Positions 29,199-39,173 of a DNA stretch of 64,000 nt are shown here, piece by piece. The position numbers were made by a program, and so were the translations under genes. Position 1 is the first letter of the stretch. The number at the start of each line of letters is the position of its first letter. Source of the DNA: Obrimoposthia wandeli (Eukaryota); assembly GCA_977020255.1 (NCBI GenBank), contig CDROCS010000253.1, forward strand, positions 4,030,001-4,094,000, in the 5' to 3' direction. The notes beneath the pieces were generated by a model that was not told the origin of the DNA, did not search any database, and saw only the letters and a list, made by a program, of their open reading frames with translations.

Positions 29199-30734
29199 AT
29201 GTCGCAGCCCAAGCAAGTGCAGCAAATGAAAAACGCACATTATTCCTTATGTGACTGGAAAATAGGCTATTGGCAAAAAGTTACCTTATCTATTTGGCTT
29301 ATTGCACTGGTTATTATTCCTTTTGCCGATATAGAGATTGTCAGCTTCGACCCTTTCCTCGAGTTAACTCGTATGCTAAATGGGCTAATGACACCTGATT
29401 TTTTTGCAACTGAGTACCTGTTTCAAGCTATCATTCAAACTGTTAACTTTGCCATTATCGGTGTTTGTTTAGGCCTAGTACTTGGCGCTCCCCTCGCCCT
29501 AATTTACCAACACCCAATTATTTCAAGCTGCTGCGCTTTTTTACGTGCGATTCATGAAATTTTCTGGGCGCTGCTATTTTTACAAGTCTTTGGCCTGTCT
29601 CCCATTACCGGAATATTGGCTATCGCAATCCCGTTTTCCGCTACTTTTGCCCGCGTTTTTCACGACATTATCAATCAATCGTCAGATAGCCCATTAGAGA
29701 GTATCGATAGTCGCGCCGATATTATTAGCCGCTTCACTTATGGTAAAATCGCCCAAGTCATGCCACAACTGATGAGCTACACGCGCTACCGTTTTGAGTG
29801 TGCCCTGCGCAGTAGCGCCGTACTCGGGTTTATTGGCATGCCAACGTTAGGTTTTTATATGGAAACCGCGTTTAGGCAGGGAAACTACAGTGAGGGGGCA
29901 GCATTATTGATAATATTTATTGCCCTTATTGGCTCAATTCGTTACTGGTGTCCACCCAAGTTACTTGGAATTTATCTTGTTATTGCTTGCGTGACACTGG
30001 TTGAAATTCCTAACGTTGATAGCAGCCTACTGATACGTTTCATCAGCCAAGATATTTTGCCTCCTGCGTTAGCAAACGTCGCGACGTTGGCAGAAGTTCA
30101 ATGGTCAGCACTCTCTGCTTGGTTTAGCACTATCCTGTCGGAGCAAGCCATTCCAGGGGCAATAGCAACCATTACCTTAGCGTTATTGGCTTTAGCTGCC
30201 ACTCATTTTATTACGTTAAGCGCCCATGCTGTCGCTAGTAAGCACTTATCGCCTACACCACTGACTTGGCTTGGTCGATTCATCTTATTAATAGGCCGTT
30301 CAGTACCTGAATATATCTTAGCCTTTATCTTTTTAATGCTGCTCGGCCCATCGATGTTACCAGCGGTTATCGCATTAGCTATACACAATGGTTGCGTTAT
30401 CGCTTACTTGGCTGTTAAACAAAGTAACACTATTGCCCCACAGCAAATGCAGATGAGTAGGTTAAATCAGTTTAACTACCACATCATGCCGACTATTTAT
30501 CCCAATATGATGGCCTTGATGTTTTATCGCTTCGAGATAATAGTGCGAGAAACCGCAGTGTTTGGCATTTTGGGGATTATGACCTTAGGCTTTTATATCG
30601 ACAGTAATTTCAGCGAAATACGCTATAGTAATGCACTAGTGCTTATCACGTGTACAGCGTTGCTCAATGTCGCTATTGATATTATCTCAAGACGACTGCT
30701 TAAATCAACCCAAGCGAGTCAGGCTAGCTGTTAA
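29199..30734 (+). CDS. Fused double PhnE-like ABC permease
   Basis: Two permease halves (RAIHEIFWALL..RFECALRSSAVLGFIG; RSVPEY..RFEIIVRETAVFGILG). Confidence 0.8.
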   Translation: MSQPKQVQQMKNAHYSLCDWKIGYWQKVTLSIWLIALVIIPFADIEIVSFDPFLELTRMLNGLMTPDFFATEYLFQAIIQTVNFAIIGVCLGLVLGAPLALIYQHPIISSCCAFLRAIHEIFWALLFLQVFGLSPITGILAIAIPFSATFARVFHDIINQSSDSPLESIDSRADIISRFTYGKIAQVMPQLMSYTRYRFECALRSSAVLGFIGMPTLGFYMETAFRQGNYSEGAALLIIFIALIGSIRYWCPPKLLGIYLVIACVTLVEIPNVDSSLLIRFISQDILPPALANVATLAEVQWSALSAWFSTILSEQAIPGAIATITLALLALAATHFITLSAHAVASKHLSPTPLTWLGRFILLIGRSVPEYILAFIFLMLLGPSMLPAVIALAIHNGCVIAYLAVKQSNTIAPQQMQMSRLNQFNYHIMPTIYPNMMALMFYRFEIIVRETAVFGILGIMTLGFYIDSNFSEIRYSNALVLITCTALLNVAIDIISRRLLKSTQASQASC

Positions 30735-30873
30735 CCTTGCTAAGCTAAGTGATAATGTTGTTCAAAAGTCATAGAAGATACTTAAAAATACCTTTCTGAT
30801 GAAATGAAAACCACTTAAGCAATGTCTATTCCAGTATCAATTGAATTACGTGGCTATGCACATGGCTCAGGAA

Positions 30874-30905
30874 CGTCATCCTCGTGGAGTGTTAATCGGG
30901 GATCC
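30874..30905 (+). repeat. CGTCAT REP-like left arm
   Basis: CGTCATCCTCGTGGAGTGTTAATCGGGGATCC; similar to the 18678-18708 arm. Confidence 0.55.
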
Positions 30906-30952
30906 TGTTTGCTAAAAATCTTAAATCATCAAGCCTAATTACGGAGCTGAAT

Positions 30953-31846
30953 ATGTCTGAATCTACTTATGTACCACCAACAATCTGGCAATGGAAAACA
31001 GAAAGTGGAGGCCAATTCGCCAGTATTAATCGTCCTATCGCTGGCGCAACACATCAAGCCGAGTTACCCGTAGGTAAGCATCCTCTTCAGCTTTATTCCT
31101 TAGCGACACCTAATGGCGTGAAAATTACTATCCTATTGGAAGAATTATTAGCGTTAGGCATAAAAGAAGCCGAATACGATGCGCATTTAATTGAGATAAT
31201 GGAAGGAGATCAATTTGGCTCAGGGTTTGTCGACGTAAACCCCAATTCTAAAATTCCCGCTTTAGTGGACACTTCTGCTGACATTAATGGCGATAAGGGT
31301 GGCGAAAATAAACTGCCCATGTTCGAATCTGGCGCGATACTGCTGTATTTAGCAGAAAAGTTTGATGCTTTTTTACCTACAGAGCAGTTACTTAAATCAC
31401 AATGTTTGTCGTGGTTATTTTGGCAAGTGGGTAGTGGTCCCTATTTAGGTGGCGGTTTTGGTCATTTCTACGCCTACGCACCCGAAAAATTTGAATACCC
31501 GATAGAGCGCTTTACCATGGAAGTAAAACGACAACTTGACGTACTAGACCGACATTTGGCTAATAATAAATACATGTGCGGCGATCAATATACTATTGCC
31601 GACATCGCTATTTGGCCATGGTATGGCGCATTGATACAAAATAAAGTTTATGAAGCCGCTGAATTTCTACAAACTAAAGAGTATAAACACCTAGTTCGAT
31701 GGACCGAAGAAATAGGTCAACGAGCAGCAGTTAAGCGTGGAGTAATGGTTAATCGTACTTGGGGTGAGTTAAACGAGCAATTGCATGAACGCCATGACGC
31801 CAGTGATTTTGAACTCAAAACGCAAGACAAACTAACCATCATCTAG
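30953..31846 (+). CDS. yghU: GST-like disulfide-bond oxidoreductase YghU
   Basis: HPLQLYSLATPNGVKITI, NPNSKIPAL, FESGAIL, GGGFGHFYAYAP. Confidence 0.9.
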   Translation: MSESTYVPPTIWQWKTESGGQFASINRPIAGATHQAELPVGKHPLQLYSLATPNGVKITILLEELLALGIKEAEYDAHLIEIMEGDQFGSGFVDVNPNSKIPALVDTSADINGDKGGENKLPMFESGAILLYLAEKFDAFLPTEQLLKSQCLSWLFWQVGSGPYLGGGFGHFYAYAPEKFEYPIERFTMEVKRQLDVLDRHLANNKYMCGDQYTIADIAIWPWYGALIQNKVYEAAEFLQTKEYKHLVRWTEEIGQRAAVKRGVMVNRTWGELNEQLHERHDASDFELKTQDKLTII

Positions 31847-31933
31847 ATAAACACTCATTTAACTAAGCTGGCTTAAATACGCTCACTTAAATAAACCGAC
31901 TTATACTCATCAAGGCGGCGATTAAGTCATATC

Positions 31934-31967
31934 AAAACAACTTGAGTTAAATAGCTCAAGTTGTTTT
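31934..31967. terminator. Bidirectional terminator between yghU and the TonB receptor gene
   Basis: AAAACAACTTGAG-TTAAATAG-CTCAAGTTGTTTT. Confidence 0.8.
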
Positions 31968-31999
31968 AAAGCATGCATATTAATTGGAATAAAAACCTA

Positions 32000-34561
32000 T
32001 TAGTAATTAATACTTATACGACCATAAACAAATCGACCATCAGTACTGTATGGTGAGAACGATGAAAATGGAATGATTCGGCCAAACGTACTAATACGAG
32101 CGCTGCCATCCTCATTTACAAATTCATTGGCTACTTTAGGATAATCATCAAATAAATTGTTAACACCTAACGTCAGCTTAATATTATTCGTTACCTGATA
32201 AGCAACATCTAAATCAGTAATCCATTGTGCTTCAAACTTTTCAACATAGCCCAATTGTGATTTATCACTATTGGATTGCGCATCTGTCCACTCACCAAAG
32301 CGTGTAGAACGAAGACTAATTTGCAGATCATCTATATTCCAAATGGCAGCTAAATTAAGTTTATTATCTGGTGTGCTTGTTTCAAAACGAGAGATTTCAC
32401 GCGCACTAAAAAGAATATAACTGTCACCTAATGCATCTAACTCTGGAGGATTATCTTTTAAGGTAGTCACTTGTGTATCATTAAGGTTAAGTGCTGCACT
32501 TAACGCTAAACTCCCCATGTCATTTAAATCAAGATCATAAGTTGCAACAACATCAACACCTTGAGTTTTTGTATCAATAGCGTTAGTAAAGTAAGTTGCA
32601 CTACCGACACCATTTACACCTGCAGCGTCTAAAATATCATTCACCGCCGAGCCAGATAACCCTTCAGATAAGACAATACGGTCATCAATAGTGATATTGT
32701 AAGCATCAACCGTAAAGTTAAAGGCTCCTTGTGTGTATATAAAACCCAGTGTCATGTTCACTGATTCTTCCGGCGTTAATTCTTTTGCACCAAGAGCTTG
32801 AGCAACATCGGTATTTACAGGGAACAAGCCTTTTTCTTCTGGGATCTGACCACCATTACCATCATCAACAAATACCGTTGAAACCGTTGAATAAGATGTT
32901 TGTGCAAGCGATGGCGCTCTAAAACCTGTACTAACGGAACCACGGAAAGATAAGTTATCCGTCATTTCATAACGTGCCGCCAGTTTGCTAGTAAAGTTTG
33001 TGCCAAAATCACTGTAATCTTCATAACGACCAGCAAGCGTAACATTTAAGTTATCAGTTAAGTCTGTATCTAATTCAATGAAAAGACCTAAGTTATTACG
33101 TCCTTGATCAGTCGAAGTAGGTAAACCTGGAAAACCTTGACTACCGCCATTAATGTATGAAGCTTCTTCTCCAGCAACAATTTTATAATTCTCTTTACGA
33201 TACTCTGCACCTATCGCAACGAATACATCGTCGTGCAAACCAAAATCAAGCATATTATCAAACGTTAAATTAACAATAGTTTGGTCATAAACTAAAGCGC
33301 CATTATTAAAACTTGTTGGTGAGTCATCGCCTAATGACGCATTAACTGTATTTTCATTAGCTAAACCAAAATCATTTTTACCGTAATCAACACTTGCATC
33401 CCAATTCCACTCACCAAGTTCGCCATTAACACCAACGATAACTGAGGTATCTACAACATCAGTTTTGATATGAGGTAAAAAACCATCAGGGAAAATACCT
33501 AATGATTTACCCTGTTTAGGTTGGCGATAAAAGGCGGCAGAATCACCATCACGTTGTCCATAAGTACCAAACGAATATAATTCAGTACTATCATTTAAAC
33601 TATAACCAAGGTTATAAACAAAGGTTAAATCTTGAATGTCTGCGCGACCAACACGAAAGTTTGTCGCATGGTCAAATGCTAATTCGCGTGGATCAACAGA
33701 ACCATCCGCAAGTGGGCTATACACAGGACGTCCTTCATAACCATTACGGCGAGTAGGTGCACGATCACGTGATTCAAAGGCGAGATGTAAAAAACCATCT
33801 TCACCAAGACTCAACCCAATATCACCGGCAATCGTCGTGGTTTCACCATCCGTTTTATTAAGGTTGTCACCGTCTTCAAAAATCAGTTCGTTACCAACAA
33901 TAGTTTTACTTTTTATTTGTTTAACACCGTCAACTTCAGTGTTGTATTGACCGTAAGTAACATCAAAAGAACCACCTTCACTACCATCTTTTAAAATAAT
34001 ATTAATAACACCGGCAATGGCATCTGAGCCATACTGTGCAGCAGCACCGTCACGTAATACTTGAATGCTTTTAATAGCAGACGTTGGAATCATGTTTAAA
34101 TCAACGGCTGTTGACCCACGACCAATTGACCCACCCAAGTTAAGAAGCGCACTAGAGTGGCGACGTTTACCATTAATAAGAACTAAAGTATGATCCGGCG
34201 CTAAACCACGTAACGTGGCAGGAGAAGAATGATCAGTACCATCATTTAATGTTGCTTTTGGGTAGTTAAAGCTTGGTAATAAGTTAGAGAGTATTTGGCT
34301 TACTTCTAATTGTCCTGTCGACGCCATACTATCAATATTAATGACATCTACTGGCGATGTACTTTCGGCAACCGTGCGGTCATTACGGCGTGAGCCAGTA
34401 ACCATTATTTTTTCTATATTTTCGTCTATTGTAGACTCTTCTGCCATAACACTAGCAGTGAATGTCATTGCTGATAAACCAGATAAAGCGATAGCTGATG
34501 CAATTAATGACAGTTGTGATTTAAAATTTACAGTCCGTTTCATGTTTTTCTTATTTCCCAT
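32000..34561 (-). CDS. TonB-dependent outer-membrane receptor
   Basis: Signal peptide, TonB box (EKIMVTGSR), plug LRGL.PDHTLVLINGKRRH, RDGAAAQYGSDAIAGVINIILK, C-terminal aromatic. Start may be 34543. Confidence 0.92.
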   Translation of the reverse strand: MGNKKNMKRTVNFKSQLSLIASAIALSGLSAMTFTASVMAEESTIDENIEKIMVTGSRRNDRTVAESTSPVDVINIDSMASTGQLEVSQILSNLLPSFNYPKATLNDGTDHSSPATLRGLAPDHTLVLINGKRRHSSALLNLGGSIGRGSTAVDLNMIPTSAIKSIQVLRDGAAAQYGSDAIAGVINIILKDGSEGGSFDVTYGQYNTEVDGVKQIKSKTIVGNELIFEDGDNLNKTDGETTTIAGDIGLSLGEDGFLHLAFESRDRAPTRRNGYEGRPVYSPLADGSVDPRELAFDHATNFRVGRADIQDLTFVYNLGYSLNDSTELYSFGTYGQRDGDSAAFYRQPKQGKSLGIFPDGFLPHIKTDVVDTSVIVGVNGELGEWNWDASVDYGKNDFGLANENTVNASLGDDSPTSFNNGALVYDQTIVNLTFDNMLDFGLHDDVFVAIGAEYRKENYKIVAGEEASYINGGSQGFPGLPTSTDQGRNNLGLFIELDTDLTDNLNVTLAGRYEDYSDFGTNFTSKLAARYEMTDNLSFRGSVSTGFRAPSLAQTSYSTVSTVFVDDGNGGQIPEEKGLFPVNTDVAQALGAKELTPEESVNMTLGFIYTQGAFNFTVDAYNITIDDRIVLSEGLSGSAVNDILDAAGVNGVGSATYFTNAIDTKTQGVDVVATYDLDLNDMGSLALSAALNLNDTQVTTLKDNPPELDALGDSYILFSAREISRFETSTPDNKLNLAAIWNIDDLQISLRSTRFGEWTDAQSNSDKSQLGYVEKFEAQWITDLDVAYQVTNNIKLTLGVNNLFDDYPKVANEFVNEDGSARISTFGRIIPFSSFSPYSTDGRFVYGRISINY

Positions 34562-34730
34562 AGTAATTAACTTTCAATACTCTATAAGTATCAATAATTT
34601 GCTTTCATGTTATTCATATGTTCTAAAGTGATTACAATATTAAAAACAAAGTTACATATTAACAATAAAATAATGAGACAACGGTCATATTTTATTAAAA
34701 TATATCGTTAAAATTGTAACAATATTTAGG

Positions 34731-35185
34731 TTTATCGCTCGTCTACTCAGCTCTCAAGGCTATCATTTATCGATTTTAAACCACAGTCCAAGTCAAATTG
34801 AACTGTTGAAAAATTTGGCAATAAAGTGTTTTACGGTGATGCTGCACGTAGAGACTTATTAGCAGCATCAGGAGCCAAAGAAGAACAAAGTAAAATACAG
34901 ACTTGCCCATCACCGATCAAAAAATACAAAAAACAAACTACAATGAATACTATGACTTGGATGCTTGGGAATATTTACCCACTCCTAACGCTGAGGTTAT
35001 CAAACATGAAGAAGTCTATTCAAGATATCAACGTGATAGAAACTGTAGAGGTAAATGGCTGCTACTTAAAAGAGCACCGGCAGCAAAGTGAACGTCGTAA
35101 AATGTTAAAACTTCATTTTATTTACTATGAGAGACGCTTACGCAAGCATCGTAGACAATCGCTTGAACTCGATATTCAGGCTTAA
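34731..35185 (+). pseudogene. Relic of a KefB/KefC-type K+ efflux gene (RCK/TrkA-N domain only)
   Basis: Two frames join to FIARLLSSQGYHLSILNHSPSQIELLK/KFGNKVFYGDAARRDLLAASGAKE. There is a -1 frameshift in the A-run at ~34809-34813, further shifts downstream, and no membrane domain. Confidence 0.75.
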
Positions 35186-35245
35186 CTCCTAGCAAGCTAG
35201 TAACAAGAAAAGCGGCATGGTCATTAACCATTACCGCTGTAGTAT

Positions 35246-36217
35246 TTACTTCGTTTGCTTGTTTTTATTTTTACTCAATGCCGTAACACCCGAACCAATA
35301 ACTAAGATAATCGCACCGAAGATGCTCATGGTATTTAGTGGTTCGTTAGTGATTGCTCCGGGTAAAATATAATTGGTGATCTGCATAAAAATTAACGTTA
35401 ATAACGGTGTTATTGCTAACGTTGCACTCACACGAGATGCCTCCCAATGCTCAAGAGCTTCAGCAAAAGCGCCATAGGCCACCAGCGTATTTGCCCCACA
35501 AAATAGTAACAATAACCAGCCGATGGTATCTAACTCTAAGGCTAACGATGGTACAGATGAGGGTAAAAATGCCAAAGTGCCCGCTAAATAAATGAGTATC
35601 ATAATTTCTTCTGAGGCAAAATGTTTCAATAATTGTTTCTGGGCTAAGGCATAAATAGCCCAAAGAATTGCTGCAAGAATAATAAATAACAACCCAAGAG
35701 CATAATCACCTTTAAAATTAAGCAATTGTTCAAAACGTTGATTAAAAAATAATAGAAGTCCTAAAAAGAAGGTTAATAAGCCCACTTTTTGCTTAGCGTT
35801 AAATGATTCTTTAAAAACACAAACACCACCGATAAGTAATAACATTGGCGCTATTTGAATCATGACTTGCGTGCTTTCTGGCGATGTTAAATCCAGCCCC
35901 ATCATATATAAAATGTAATTTGCTAATAAGCCAAATATAGTGAGTACCATTAACACCATTATTCGTTTATTTTTTAGTGACGATAATGAGGGTAAACGCT
36001 TAGTGATAACTAGGTAACCACCTAAAAATGTTGCAGCTATAAGGAAACGAAACCACGTAATGGTATTTACATCCATATATTGCAATAGTCCTTTGAGCGC
36101 AATCGGTAAAACACCCCATAAAATGGCAGTAGTAAGAGATAAAAACAAACCCAGTCGCCATCGACCACTAATTTCATGCATAGAAAAATACTCAATTAAC
36201 AATGCTAAAATTAGCAT
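35246..36217 (-). CDS. EamA/DMT-family transporter
   Basis: Ten hydrophobic segments; LWGVLPIALK, TWFRF, YAL.QKQLL, EALEHWEASRVSA. Start may be 36181. Confidence 0.88.
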   Translation of the reverse strand: MLILALLIEYFSMHEISGRWRLGLFLSLTTAILWGVLPIALKGLLQYMDVNTITWFRFLIAATFLGGYLVITKRLPSLSSLKNKRIMVLMVLTIFGLLANYILYMMGLDLTSPESTQVMIQIAPMLLLIGGVCVFKESFNAKQKVGLLTFFLGLLLFFNQRFEQLLNFKGDYALGLLFIILAAILWAIYALAQKQLLKHFASEEIMILIYLAGTLAFLPSSVPSLALELDTIGWLLLLFCGANTLVAYGAFAEALEHWEASRVSATLAITPLLTLIFMQITNYILPGAITNEPLNTMSIFGAIILVIGSGVTALSKNKNKQTK

Positions 36218-36385
36218 TGCTTTAAAAATGAGAATTATCTAGAAAGCGGTCGCTAAAAGCTATTATTATTAAGTATTTATTGCATTTAAAACGGTAATAT
36301 CATTATTTTATCTGCGATAACGCTTCAAATAATTTTTATCAGGATCTCTTTGATAGGAAAGGCTGACATTTCAATTTACCTAACG

Positions 36386-36859
36386 TTAATATATGCCAAT
36401 ATCAAGTCCGGCAGCCATCGTCATACCAAGTTCTTCACACTGGTCAATAAACGTTGTTTGCCAGTCTCCACGGCACACTAATGGTGTTTGAATCCAGTGC
36501 CAACGCAAACCTGTACAAATCGATTCGACAGCCCGGCAAGTACCAGTACCATCACTCCCCGCACGAACATATAACGCACAAGGCAAGCCCTGTTTTACTT
36601 CCAGACAAGGATAATAGCAGCGATCAAAAAAATCTTTCAACGCACCACTCATATAAGCGAGGTTTTCAGTCGTCCCCAAAATTATCGCATCACAAGCTAA
36701 TACATCCTCTGGTGTAGCTTCTAATGGTTGAATCCAACGCGTTTGCACTTGTTCAATATCAGGGTGCTGTGCTCCTTTCAACACCGCATTAGCCATCAAC
36801 TTCGTATTTTCAGAAGGTGCATGCGCTACAATTAAAAGTGTTTTCATTGTTATACTCAC
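36386..36859 (-). CDS. Flavodoxin-like (WrbA/NADPH-dependent FMN reductase family) protein
   Basis: HAPSENT, DAIILGTTENLAYMSGALKDFFDRCYY. Confidence 0.8.
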   Translation of the reverse strand: MSITMKTLLIVAHAPSENTKLMANAVLKGAQHPDIEQVQTRWIQPLEATPEDVLACDAIILGTTENLAYMSGALKDFFDRCYYPCLEVKQGLPCALYVRAGSDGTGTCRAVESICTGLRWHWIQTPLVCRGDWQTTFIDQCEELGMTMAAGLDIGIY

Positions 36860-36946
36860 TTTGATTTAACCGCCTATGTGGAAATAAAAAGCTCAGTAAA
36901 ACTTAGTCATCAGCATGACTTGTATCACTGCAACATTAGATAACGA

Positions 36947-37621
36947 TTAGTTAGTATTTAAAACATTTAAATTTAATAAATTAATGTCGCAGCTATTATT
37001 TATAAAAATACTAATTTTAGTTTCATGTATGGATTTTTTAGAAAACTGCAGTCGCTTTTTATCTACTGATTTCAAATTAGCGTATGAAATATTGTCTATC
37101 ATTGCAATATCCACCCTTTGTAATAAAACCATATTAATAGCCGCTTGAATCGTTTCAACATACACAATGTCAAGACCAGCCTTTTTAAACGGCATTGAAA
37201 ATTTGGATTTTTCACCCGTTCTCAGTAAAACAACGACCTGTCCTTTTAAATCATCAAATGATGACCAGTTGAATGGCGTTGATTGAGATAGTCTAACTAA
37301 GCCAATCTTGATCGCGTCTTTTCTGAGTTCATACTGTTTGAATTTATTTTGACCAAACACAGGATAAAAACTAGCACACCAATCACCTGCTTGAATTGTT
37401 TTATAGGCTCTTTTGGGGGGTAAAAAGAATGGCTTCCATTGTATATTTTTATTAGCCGTTAAATCGTTTAATAATTCGAATGCTATTCCCCCTTCAGGAT
37501 GATTACTCGTGGTAAATGGTGGGTATTCAACAGCTATAACATTAACTTCATTACTACTTTCAAATGCAAAAAGCGAGTTAACCGTTATCAGAGTTAGTAA
37601 TAGGAAAACCATTCTTAACAT
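36947..37621 (-). CDS. Family-3-like solute-binding protein (orphan)
   Basis: Signal peptide; EYPPF, P.KRA, MVLLQRVDIAM. Confidence 0.6.
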   Translation of the reverse strand: MLRMVFLLLTLITVNSLFAFESSNEVNVIAVEYPPFTTSNHPEGGIAFELLNDLTANKNIQWKPFFLPPKRAYKTIQAGDWCASFYPVFGQNKFKQYELRKDAIKIGLVRLSQSTPFNWSSFDDLKGQVVVLLRTGEKSKFSMPFKKAGLDIVYVETIQAAINMVLLQRVDIAMIDNISYANLKSVDKKRLQFSKKSIHETKISIFINNSCDINLLNLNVLNTN

Positions 37622-37655
37622 GTTGGATAACCTCTTGTTTTAGCTTGTTAAAGTA

Positions 37656-37779
37656 TATACCCGTTACCATTCAAAGTGCAGGATTTCAGTGGGAATTAAA
37701 ATGACTTTAGGCAAGGAAAATAATTTAAGCATAGTCACTTTAAACCCATCGCAGAAGCGCTTGAATGGTGACGGGTATA
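37656..37779. mobile_element. 124-bp ERIC/IRU-like MITE
   Basis: 19-bp TIRs TATACCCGTTACCATTCAA / TTGAATGGTGACGGGTATA (1 mismatch); TA ends; size close to enterobacterial ERIC. Confidence 0.85.
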
Positions 37780-37809
37780 TGTAGTAGTCAACAAATTTGT
37801 AAAGTAAAC

Positions 37810-38110
37810 GAACTCCTCTGTGGTAATTTTTATAGTCAATACCTACGGAGTATTATGTAATGTTCGATGAACTGGACAGCGCTCAGCTATTTTCAGTAAC
37901 TTAGTGTGATAAAGATACTTCCACATGTTCAAATGGAAGTATCTTATGGTCAGCATACCTACGAATTATCATCGAGGTACTGGTACCTAAAGCAGTAGAT
38001 AAATGCAAATAGATAGTTTTCCCTGAATATTAACCTTGTGTTATCTGCACTTTGCTGCACCTGCAGCATTATTATCTATTGAAGTAATCCACGAGTTAAT
38101 TTACTTTTAC
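37810..38110 (-). pseudogene. OsmC/YhfA-family relic
   Basis: Minus-strand fragments STALGTSTSMIIRRYADHKILPFEHVEVSLSH* and LLKIAERCPVHRTLHNTP* match OsmC-family motifs; internal deletion, stops, first Cys lost. Confidence 0.7.
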
Positions 38111-38114
38111 TGGC

Positions 38115-38615
38115 TCACTTTACTGAGGGTAATACCCAGTCACTTCGAGGGAAATGACAAGTATAACCATCAGGCATTTCTTGTAGATAATCTTGATGTT
38201 CTGCTTCGGCTTCCCAAAAATCGCCTGCAGGAGCCAATTCAGTAACAACAATCCCAGGCCATAAACCTGATGCATTAACATCGGCAATGGTTTGTATAGC
38301 TACCGCATTTTGTTCAGCTGAACAGTAATAAATAGCTGAACGATATGAAGAGCCGAGATCGTTTCCTTGTTGAAGCTCTGTTGTTGGATCATGGATCTGA
38401 AAGAATAATTCAAGGATACGGCGGAAACTAACAACATCAGTATCGAATGATATTTCTATGCCTTCTGCGTGACTACCATGATTACGATAAGTTGCGTTGA
38501 TAACATCACCGCCCGTATAACCAACTCGCGTTGACGTAACGCCAGGAAGTTTACGTATAAGATCTTGCATGCCCCAGAAGCAACCGCCAGCCAAAATAGC
38601 GCGTTCAATTGTCAT
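38115..38615 (-). CDS. msrA: Peptide-methionine (S)-S-oxide reductase
   Basis: [35 protein letters not shown]. Confidence 0.95.
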   Translation of the reverse strand: MTIERAILAGGCFWGMQDLIRKLPGVTSTRVGYTGGDVINATYRNHGSHAEGIEISFDTDVVSFRRILELFFQIHDPTTELQQGNDLGSSYRSAIYYCSAEQNAVAIQTIADVNASGLWPGIVVTELAPAGDFWEAEAEHQDYLQEMPDGYTCHFPRSDWVLPSVK

Positions 38616-38616
38616 T

Positions 38617-39063
38617 TTATATACTCTCCACTTGATCTATATATTCGCCATAACCATTATTGTCCATCTCATCAAGAGGGATAAAACGAAGTGACGCTGA
38701 ATTAATACAGTAACGTAACCCACCTTTACTTGTTGGTCCATCGGTAAATACATGACCTAAATGACTGTCACCATAACTTGAACGTACTTCGGTGCGCACC
38801 ATAGCGTGGCTGCTATCAGTAATTTCTTGTATGTTTGTTGATTCAATAGGTTTAGTAAAACTTGGCCAACCGCAGCCAGATTCATATTTATCCGATGAAG
38901 CAAATAGCGGTTCACCTGAAACGATGTCTACATAAATACCCGGTAAAGTATTATTAAGGTGCTCACCACTACCCGCTTGTTCTGTGCCACTTTGTTGCGT
39001 TACACGATATTGTTCTTGAGTTAACGCTGAAATTGCATCGGTGGATTTTTGATAGATTGTCAT
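38617..39063 (-). CDS. msrB: Peptide-methionine (R)-S-oxide reductase
   Basis: [37 protein letters not shown]. Confidence 0.95.
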   Translation of the reverse strand: MTIYQKSTDAISALTQEQYRVTQQSGTEQAGSGEHLNNTLPGIYVDIVSGEPLFASSDKYESGCGWPSFTKPIESTNIQEITDSSHAMVRTEVRSSYGDSHLGHVFTDGPTSKGGLRYCINSASLRFIPLDEMDNNGYGEYIDQVESI

Positions 39064-39173
39064 AACTTTCTGTCCTCGGAACTTTGATTGCTAATATTAC
39101 ATTTTTCTCATAAGAGTGAGTATGTTTTTCCGCATTTTCTAAAATTGTCTCGGATTTTTAAAACTTTTTAAAT

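Noticed and set aside
37912-37945. 12-bp perfect hairpin as a terminator or ncRNA
   Set aside because: It falls inside the osmC relic coding sequence (KILPFEHVEVSL) and has no U-tract; probably incidental.
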